Shown here: positions 1 through 7,618 of the stretch, in pieces
How the letters are laid out: every line of letters begins with the position of its first letter
Position numbering within the stretch: position 1 is the first letter of the stretch
Assembly (NCBI GenBank): GCA_011364965.1
Contig: RDOB01000002.1
Coordinates: 545,849-609,848, forward strand
DNA length: 64,000 nucleotides
Direction of reading: 5' to 3'
Source of the DNA: Candidatus Heimdallarchaeota archaeon
GTDB lineage: Archaea; Asgardarchaeota; Heimdallarchaeia; Hodarchaeales; Hodarchaeaceae
Made by a program: the position numbers and the translations under genes
The notes under the pieces: generated by a model
The model's database searches: none
Seen by the model: only the letters and a program-made list of their open reading frames with translations
Told to the model about the DNA's origin: nothing

Positions 1-849
1 CCTGGTCTAACCAATTTGATGGTTAAACATGCATATACTAGATTGGATAAAAACTCTCCTATGACCTTTGATATATCATGAGCAGGAGGTGCAGCAGACT
101 CGGAAGGTTTAGCAGTCATCATGCATGTTTTATACGCAATTACAGGGAATTTTCCTTCATATCAAAATGGTTTGTTCATTGACGTTCCTGCAGGAGAAGG
201 AAATTTGAAAATCGATTTTCCTGCACCATTAGGTACTATTGGGGTGTTTGATTGTGGGCATCCAGAGCCTGTAACAATCCCTAAGTTCCTTGATTCTAAT
301 GTTGAGAGAGTTACATTGAAGGGAGGATTGACACCAGATTGGAATAATAAATTTGCTACTTCAATGAAGCAATTACACCTAACTCAAGGGAAAAATCGGA
401 AAAAGATTCTTGCAAAACTTGTACATCTAACCGAGAAAATATTTGAAACAGGAGGGGTCGCTGCTTCCTCTGCTCGAGTTGATATATATGGCTTTAAGGA
501 TAATAAAAGAGTACATTGGGTTTATTGAACACCAAGTATTGTTATGGGAGAATTAACTGGGTATCCTGCGTCCATTGCAGCACAGCTCTTCACTGAGGGA
601 AAAATCCAAGGAGTAGGTATAATCCCTCCTGAATCATTACCTGAGGGAACAGCTAAATTATTTTTTGAGGAGTTAAAGAAGAGAAATATAGAGCTAATAT
701 TTGATGAAAAAGAACCTTTAGAGTGGTTCAAAAACCCAGTTCCCTATGTTCTTGGGTTTTTTTCGAATTATGGATTTATTATTTTGAAACTTATTGGATT
801 ATGCTCCATTTTTGTTATTATATATCAGCTTCTAGCAATTCTATTCTAA
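1..849 (+). pseudogene. Saccharopine dehydrogenase-like oxidoreductase (5' truncated by window edge) with C-terminal TM anchor, interrupted by in-frame TGA at 79-81 and 526-528 (pseudogene or recoded gene)
   Basis: Frame +1 reads PGLTNLMVKH...DIS*AGG...GHPEPVTIP...HWVY*TPSIVMGELTGYPASIAA...GIIPPE. ORFs 121-528 and 544-849 share this frame. PGxxN, HPEP and TGxPA/GxxPPE motifs are typical of the family. Confidence 0.65.
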
Positions 850-1002
850 GAACCTGTTTCAAACGCTAAATTCGGAAAGAATGATCCATAAAATCAAGAA
901 TTTTAAAGGAGTAGTATTTTATTGTGAATATCCTTCTCTTCCTTTTGAATTCTATATTCAAGATAGAATGGTAATTTAATCTCTTAGTAGGAGTTAAAAA
1001 TC

Positions 1003-3786
1003 ATGGAAAAGCAATATTATTCCCTCGATATCAATAAAATTGCTGAGGAGCTAAATACAGACCTAAATATCGGATTAACCTCAGAGGAAGCTCAACTACG
1101 CATGAAGCAATATGGACCAAATGAGTTGATATCTACCAAGAAAGTATCCCCTTTTATGATGTTCCTTCTTCAATTCAAGGATTTCATTGTATTTCTCTTA
1201 GTCGGTGCAACACTAGTTTCCTTGCTCTTTGGAGATTATATTGAAGCTTTTATCATTATTATAATAGTTTTATTAAACGGATTGTTAGGATTTATCCAGG
1301 AATACCGTGCTGAGGCCGCATTGGAAAAACTAAAGGAATTGACTGGTGACGATACATTAGTTATTAGAAACGGTCAGGAAACCAGAATTGACACGCGAAA
1401 TTTAGTGCCTGGTGACGTACTACTTATGTATGAGGGAGAAATTATTGCTGCGGATGGAAGAATCTACGAAGCAAGTCGATTACGAGTGGAAGAAGGATTA
1501 TTGACTGGAGAATCAATTCCTGTAGATAAAACAATTCAATCCATTGAAGGAGAGTTCCTTCCAATTGCTGATAGAACAAATTTTGTATATATGGGAACCA
1601 CTACTGTAAAAGGAAGAGGTAAAGCCCTCGTTACTGGAACTGGCATGAATACGGAAATGGGAAAAATTGCAAAATCGACCATTGAGTCAGAAGAGCAAGA
1701 TACCCCTCTTCAAGTTCAATTATCTCGTTTAGGAAAATTATTAGGAATTATCGTTCTAGTAGTTGTTGGTATTGTTTTAATTGCACAAATAGGGAGAATT
1801 GAAGAGAATATCTTAGAAGTGATTGAAACAGCAATCGCTTTGGCGGTCTCTGCGGTACCAGAGGGGTTAGCAGCAGCAATAACGCTCACTCTAGCAATAG
1901 GGGTTCAAAGAATGGCTAGAAAGAAAGCTGTTATACGAAAACTCCCTGCTGTTGAGACCTTGGGTTCAGTAGAGGTAATATGTACTGATAAAACAGGAAC
2001 TTTAACCCAAAATAAAATGACTGTGAAGAGAGTATGGACTCTAGATCGGGGTTTAATAGAAGTAACTGGAACAGGTTATATTCCCCGTGGATCCTTCATT
2101 GATATGGAGAAGAATGAAAGAATTAATCCAGGGGAAGATAAAGGAATATATGAAGTTCTTAAAGCTGGATCCCTATGTAATTCAGCTTCCATTAATTACA
2201 ATAGTATATTAGGTGAGTGGGTTGTTGAAGGAGATCCGACTGAGGGAGCTCTAATAGCCCTAGCTATGAAAGCTAATCTTCATTCAAAGTGGGATGAGAT
2301 CTATAACTTTCAAAAAGATGGAGAAATTTTCTTTGATTCCGATCGAAAAAGGATGACCAAGGTTTACAAGACATTGAAAGCTCTTAAAGAAGAAACTTGG
2401 GCATATACAAAGGGTTCTCCTGCAACAATACTTGAAATTTGTACTCATGCCTTAATAGGTGAAAAAGAGGTACCATTAGATAATGAAATGCGAGAGAGAA
2501 TATTGAAATCGAATTCAGCATTAGCAGGAAAAGCAATAAGAGTACTGGCTTTTGCACGGAAACAAATATCTAATGATTTACTCGAATTCAGAGAAGATAA
2601 CATTGAAAAAGAAATGACGTTTGTTGGACTCACTGGGATGATTGACCCTCCACGTGAAAAAGTAGCAGATGCAATCCGAAAGTGTAAAAACGCGGGGATT
2701 CGAATAATCATGATTACTGGAGACCAGAGGGATACAGCTTTAGCGATTGCAAAGGAGCTTGATTTAAAACCCTTTGAGGACGCCCATTATACGGTTGCTA
2801 ATTCTAGTGAACTTGAAAAAATGGATGATGATGAATTTAAAGAAATTTTAAAGGATTTAGATGTTTGTGCCCGTGCTTCTCCTAGTATAAAGAAAAGAAT
2901 TGTAGAAACTTTACAAGAAGAATTTGGATTAGTTGTTGCTATGACGGGTGATGGAGTGAATGATGCTCCTGCATTGAAAAAAGCAGACATAGGAGTAGCC
3001 ATGGGAATAACAGGGACTGATGTGGCGAGAGAAGCATCAGATATGGTATTAATGGATGATAATTTTGCTACAATCGTTGCTGCAGTAGAGGAAGGACGGA
3101 CTATATATGATAATATGAAGAAATTCATCAGGTACCTATTGAGCTCAAACTTCGATGAAATTCTTGTCGTTTTTACCGCAACAGTCTTACTCGGATTGAA
3201 ATCGCCTTATTTAGCTTTAGGAATTCTGTGGATAAATCTCATGACTGATGGGTTGCCAGCATTAGCCCTCTCCGTTGATCCAGGTGATCCTGAAATTATG
3301 AATCGATTACCAAGGGGTAGAAAAAGTGGAATGTTGACCGAAATATTAATATTTTCTATAGCAGCAGGAATTATATCCTTTTTTGCTACTATGATCATGT
3401 TCCTATCATTTCCACTAGATATAATTGGTGTAAATGCAGAAAATAGCGTTCAATTGCAGATCGCTCGTACATTGGCATTAACTGTTTCTGTACTATTTGA
3501 ATTATTCCAGGTATTTGTTTCTAAAGCTCCTGATAATAAAAGTATATTCCAATCCAATCCTATGAACAATCTCTATTTAATTGGGGCTGTTGGATTAGCA
3601 TTTATCCTACATTTATTCATAATTTATGTCAAACCACTCGCGGATATCTTTGGAATGTATGCTTTGTCATTTCAGCATTGGATTTTCATGTTTGTGGTTG
3701 TAATTATTGGAATTATTCTGCTCGATGCAATTAAACTGCTTCAATTTAAAATTATATCAAGAAGAAACTCAAAGAATAGACATTAG
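1003..3786 (+). CDS. P-type IIA (SERCA-like) Ca2+-transporting ATPase
   Basis: TGES, PEGL, DKTGTLT, TGDGVNDAP motifs; SSNFDE and WINLMTDGLP ion-binding segments; ~10 TM. Confidence 0.93.
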   Translation: MEKQYYSLDINKIAEELNTDLNIGLTSEEAQLRMKQYGPNELISTKKVSPFMMFLLQFKDFIVFLLVGATLVSLLFGDYIEAFIIIIIVLLNGLLGFIQEYRAEAALEKLKELTGDDTLVIRNGQETRIDTRNLVPGDVLLMYEGEIIAADGRIYEASRLRVEEGLLTGESIPVDKTIQSIEGEFLPIADRTNFVYMGTTTVKGRGKALVTGTGMNTEMGKIAKSTIESEEQDTPLQVQLSRLGKLLGIIVLVVVGIVLIAQIGRIEENILEVIETAIALAVSAVPEGLAAAITLTLAIGVQRMARKKAVIRKLPAVETLGSVEVICTDKTGTLTQNKMTVKRVWTLDRGLIEVTGTGYIPRGSFIDMEKNERINPGEDKGIYEVLKAGSLCNSASINYNSILGEWVVEGDPTEGALIALAMKANLHSKWDEIYNFQKDGEIFFDSDRKRMTKVYKTLKALKEETWAYTKGSPATILEICTHALIGEKEVPLDNEMRERILKSNSALAGKAIRVLAFARKQISNDLLEFREDNIEKEMTFVGLTGMIDPPREKVADAIRKCKNAGIRIIMITGDQRDTALAIAKELDLKPFEDAHYTVANSSELEKMDDDEFKEILKDLDVCARASPSIKKRIVETLQEEFGLVVAMTGDGVNDAPALKKADIGVAMGITGTDVAREASDMVLMDDNFATIVAAVEEGRTIYDNMKKFIRYLLSSNFDEILVVFTATVLLGLKSPYLALGILWINLMTDGLPALALSVDPGDPEIMNRLPRGRKSGMLTEILIFSIAAGIISFFATMIMFLSFPLDIIGVNAENSVQLQIARTLALTVSVLFELFQVFVSKAPDNKSIFQSNPMNNLYLIGAVGLAFILHLFIIYVKPLADIFGMYALSFQHWIFMFVVVIIGIILLDAIKLLQFKIISRRNSKNRH

Positions 3787-4047
3787 AAACAATTCCTTGG
3801 ATATATTCTTCGATAATAAAATAAATTGACTCTAAATTCGATTTCCGAGTTGAAAATGAAACTGATTCAAATACCTTGAATTCTCGAAAATCTCTCCATC
3901 GAACAATAGACTCCTTTACTCCATTCCCTCTTACGATGAGGGTAAATATACAGTCGAGTATTATTATTATTAAATATTCGGTCGAGTAGTAGCAACAATT
4001 TTGCGATTCAAAATGTAAAACCTTTTAAACTGTCGAGAAAGAGATTC

Positions 4048-4172
4048 AACTAGACTTTCTAGTTCTAAATAGCGAACTGGAAGCTAACATCCTACATTCA
4101 ATCCATTAACGTCCTAGCGTTTATATAATGGCTCCCACGGCCTTTAAAAGCGTTGCTATAAAGAAGGACGTT
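4048..4172 (+). promoter_or_regulatory. Putative structured 5' leader or small RNA upstream of the histone gene
   Basis: Inverted repeats 4057-4065/4074-4082 (one G-U) and AACGTCCT 4108-4115/AGGACGTT 4165-4172; TATA-like TTTTAAA at ~4023. Confidence 0.4.
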
Positions 4173-4229
4173 TAAAAAAAGTTAGAATTAGGAAAAAAAG
4201 TAAATTATAAGGAGAAAAGGTGAAAAATT

Positions 4230-4652
4230 ATGGGTACTTTTGCTAAAGCCCGAATTGAAGCTATTATGAAGTCGGCTGGCGCCGAAAGAATCTCTGCTAA
4301 CGCAATATCTCGAATGGATGAACTTTGTGCCGAATTTGGTGAGAAAGCTGCGAAAACTGCAATCAACCTTGCCTCAACCGCAGGAAGGAAAACTGTTCAA
4401 GCAGATGATATTAAATTGGCTGTCTCCAAGATAGGAGACCCGAAATATTCTCCCACAAAAGGTAAAGCATTCGCAAAGGCTCGCGTGGAAAAAGTGATAA
4501 GAGAAGCTGGCGCTTCTCGGGTTTCTGCAGACGCTGTCGATTATTTAAACCAAAAAATCGAAGCTCAATGCTATACTCTTGCGAAATCAGCCATTGAGAT
4601 AGCCCGTCATGCCAAACGCAAGACTATTAAAGACACTGACATAATTCCTTAA
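4230..4652 (+). CDS. Archaeal histone doublet (two tandem histone folds)
   Basis: Two repeats: FAKAR..AGAERIS..GRKTVQADDI and FAKAR..AGASRVS..KRKTIKDTDI; SD GGTGA upstream. Confidence 0.92.
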   Translation: MGTFAKARIEAIMKSAGAERISANAISRMDELCAEFGEKAAKTAINLASTAGRKTVQADDIKLAVSKIGDPKYSPTKGKAFAKARVEKVIREAGASRVSADAVDYLNQKIEAQCYTLAKSAIEIARHAKRKTIKDTDIIP

Positions 4653-4683
4653 GGAAAACTGGATAACCTATTTGGTTAGACCA

Positions 4684-4722
4684 TTTTTCTTTTCCTTCTC
4701 TTTTTTCTATAAGCTTTTTTTT
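4684..4722 (+). terminator. Oligo-T archaeal-type terminator after the histone gene
   Basis: Several T runs directly downstream of the stop codon. Confidence 0.5.
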
Positions 4723-4789
4723 AATCACCTCTCAATCAAATCTGTAAAAGACATTAATAGCTTTATGAAAACTAAATGATTGAAAGGCC

Positions 4790-6736
4790 TTGAAACTCCA
4801 TTCGCTGGCTCAATTTTATACTCCAAGTTGGATCGCGAAATATATTGTTGAAAGCGCTATTAATACATATATTCGATCAAATCCGAAAATTGAGGAAATA
4901 AAGGCGCTTAAAATTTTAGATCCGTCCTGTGGAGAAGGTATATTTCTACATACAGCACTAAAGTATTTGATTCAACAGATTTCGAATCACCCAGACAATA
5001 ATTGGACTTCAAGCAAAATTTCACATCATATTCTAATAAATCAGCTCTATGGAATAGATATCGATCCATCACAGGTGGAAATATGCTGTAAAAACCTCAA
5101 TTGCGAAAAATTTAACTTCAACTTGCGCAAATTCAATGCTCTTATCCCGCCTCCGAATTCAGTTCAACCTGTCCAAAATGCAATTCATGAGAAAGTTCGA
5201 AAAGAAATAAAAATTAAATTCATTAGACAATTTTATTCTGAAGAAGCTGACTCTGACTTTAATTCATTAATGAAATTGGAAAGTCAAATTTTTCGAGATG
5301 TGAGTAGAGATCATCAATTCGCTTTGAGTCTACCTGATAAGTCAATAGCAATCCCTTGGAGAGTGGCATTTCCCGAATGTGAGGGAAAATTTGATATTAT
5401 TATAGGAAATCCTCCTTGGGGAGGAGATTTAGTCCCCTCCCATCTACTGGAGAAATATATAGTTGGTAGTCATCAGGTGGATACTTGGTCGCTCTTCATT
5501 GAGCGATCTATGGAAGCTCTTAAGAATAATGGAATATTAGGATTTGTAATTCCTAATAGTTTATTGATGAATGAGAATTACATAAAAACGCGAGAATTAA
5601 TATTAAAAAGCTCTCAAATTAAAGAAATAATTAATCTAGGTGATGCTATATTCCCTGGAATTACCCAACCCTGCATGATTATTATTCTAGAGAAATTAGA
5701 GGAAGTTACTAAAGGTAATATCAAGATTATTCCACATCTTGGATATGAATTAGTAAACCAAGTCCGTGATGAGAAAACCAATCTATCATCTATAAACTAT
5801 AATTCTTGTTTACAAGAAAGATTCGAAGATAATTTAGATTATTCTTTTGATATATTCAGTATTGGATATGACGATTTCCTGAAGGAAGTTGAAAGAGATG
5901 TTGAATCCACACAAAAACATTGTAAATATTTAGGTGACTTAGTTGAAAATGGAAGGGGGGTTGAAATTAATCGTAATGGTATTATTATAATCTGTTCACA
6001 ATGTGGATGGTGGAATCCCCCCTTTTCTCAACGAAATCTAAATTCCAAAGCTTGTGTGAATCCTAATTGTAAAGGGATAATTTTTCAGGTAGATAAATCT
6101 ATTAATATTGTTTCAGATGAGAAAGTTACTTCTCAATCTAAACCAATTATTTCAGGATATCAGGTGTCAAGATATTATATTAGAGGACATAGGTTCATTA
6201 ATACGAACGGAAAGGGGATTAATTTTAAATCTGAATCTCTTTACCAAGGTAAAAAAATACTTTTACGTAAAACTGGTTTTGGATTTAATGCTGCAATTGA
6301 TTATGATAATCGTTTTACAACTCAAGTTGTTTACATTTTTAAACTGAAGAGAAGCGCCAATATATCCTTAGAATACATTCTGGGCTTGTTAAATTCCAAT
6401 GTCATTCATACCTATTATTATTCGAAGTACGCTGACCTTAACCGTCGTGAATTTCCTCATTTTACCCAAGGAAAAGTATTGAAACTCCCTATTAAAATCC
6501 CTGAATCTACATTAGAAAAAAGTATCGTCTTAAATATTGAACACAGAGTTAAAACCATCACAGACTTGTATAAATTGCAAAATGACTTAAAAGAAGAGAA
6601 TCTTTCAATACTCATAAAATTGAAGCAGCTAGATAAGGAAATTCACGATTTAGTGTTTGATTTGTATGATATTAACGAAAAATACAGAGATTTTGTGTTT
6701 CAAAATTTTCATATTTCGGAAAAACATAAGGGATAG
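4790..6736 (+). CDS. N6-adenine DNA methyltransferase, gamma class (Eco57I/TaqI-like with C-terminal target-recognition domain), orphan
   Basis: QFYTP, ILDPSCGEGIFL (motif I), GNPPW (motif IV), YILGLLNS...LPIK TaqI_C-like end. Confidence 0.88.
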   Translation: MKLHSLAQFYTPSWIAKYIVESAINTYIRSNPKIEEIKALKILDPSCGEGIFLHTALKYLIQQISNHPDNNWTSSKISHHILINQLYGIDIDPSQVEICCKNLNCEKFNFNLRKFNALIPPPNSVQPVQNAIHEKVRKEIKIKFIRQFYSEEADSDFNSLMKLESQIFRDVSRDHQFALSLPDKSIAIPWRVAFPECEGKFDIIIGNPPWGGDLVPSHLLEKYIVGSHQVDTWSLFIERSMEALKNNGILGFVIPNSLLMNENYIKTRELILKSSQIKEIINLGDAIFPGITQPCMIIILEKLEEVTKGNIKIIPHLGYELVNQVRDEKTNLSSINYNSCLQERFEDNLDYSFDIFSIGYDDFLKEVERDVESTQKHCKYLGDLVENGRGVEINRNGIIIICSQCGWWNPPFSQRNLNSKACVNPNCKGIIFQVDKSINIVSDEKVTSQSKPIISGYQVSRYYIRGHRFINTNGKGINFKSESLYQGKKILLRKTGFGFNAAIDYDNRFTTQVVYIFKLKRSANISLEYILGLLNSNVIHTYYYSKYADLNRREFPHFTQGKVLKLPIKIPESTLEKSIVLNIEHRVKTITDLYKLQNDLKEENLSILIKLKQLDKEIHDLVFDLYDINEKYRDFVFQNFHISEKHKG

Positions 6737-6808
6737 ACCATTTTGGGGTAATGTTGTGTTTTTGAGTTCTTTAATACTCATTAATTAAGCTAATGAAGGG
6801 AAAAATGA

Positions 6809-7441
6809 ATGACACAAAATAAAAAACCACAGAATCAAATCAAGTCGGCTTATTACTTTGAAACTGTTGATTTAGTAATCATTGCATTATTTGCTGCTCT
6901 TGGCGGGGCCTTCAGCGCTTATATTGGCAATCTAGGGAGAATAATCTTTGGATCTTCCCTCCCAGGTGGAGGCCAGTTATTTTCTGGTTTACATATTTTT
7001 TGGTATGTACTTATCTTTTATTTCACAAATCAGAAGAAAGGCGTTGTAACAACAACAGGAATAATTAAAGGGTTTATAGAAATATTTTCAAGTAGTTCAC
7101 TTGGAATTATGGCTTTGATTATAGCTTTTGCAAGTGCATTGATTTTTGAAGTCTGCTTTTTCGTTTTTTCAAATTTTATGAAGACCAAACGATTAGATCA
7201 TCTCTTAATTGCAATTTCTGCCGGCTTTGCGTCTGCAAGTAACGTTATTATTCAATTGGAAACATTTTTTGCAAGTTTTACTACTAGTAATATTCCATCC
7301 GAATGGATTTTCGTGATGTTCGCGTTTAGCTTCATTTCTGGTGTCGTACTTGGTGGGTATCTAGGATATATAGCATTTAAGTTATTTGAAAATTCAAATT
7401 TGCTAACTTGGAGGAAGATTAAAGAAAATTCACTGAAATAG
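6809..7441 (+). CDS. ECF transporter S-component-like membrane protein
   Basis: ~6 TM; DLVIIALFAALGG (AxxxA) N-terminus; KKG...G..KG..E pattern. Confidence 0.7.
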   Translation: MTQNKKPQNQIKSAYYFETVDLVIIALFAALGGAFSAYIGNLGRIIFGSSLPGGGQLFSGLHIFWYVLIFYFTNQKKGVVTTTGIIKGFIEIFSSSSLGIMALIIAFASALIFEVCFFVFSNFMKTKRLDHLLIAISAGFASASNVIIQLETFFASFTTSNIPSEWIFVMFAFSFISGVVLGGYLGYIAFKLFENSNLLTWRKIKENSLK

Positions 7442-7618
7442 TCACAATTATATTACAAACATTCCCAATGGACAAACGACCCCATTTCCCCATGTATATT
7501 CTTCGCACATATTAATACTTATATAATAGGCCAGATCATATAGTTTTATATTCAAATACAAGGAATCCTTCTCATATTCAAGAAACAAGGTGATTCTTGA
7601 TAGAAATTGTAGGAAAAC

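Noticed and set aside
881-911. SECIS-like element (ATGA...TAAAAT-CAAGA-ATTTTA...GGAG) downstream of the TGA-containing gene
   Set aside because: The apical stem is only 6 A-U pairs, much shorter than a eukaryote-type SECIS helix, and is expected by chance in AT-rich DNA.
4790-6736. Complete restriction-modification system (also considered for 29870-30913)
   Set aside because: No endonuclease gene or domain is recognisable next to either methyltransferase.
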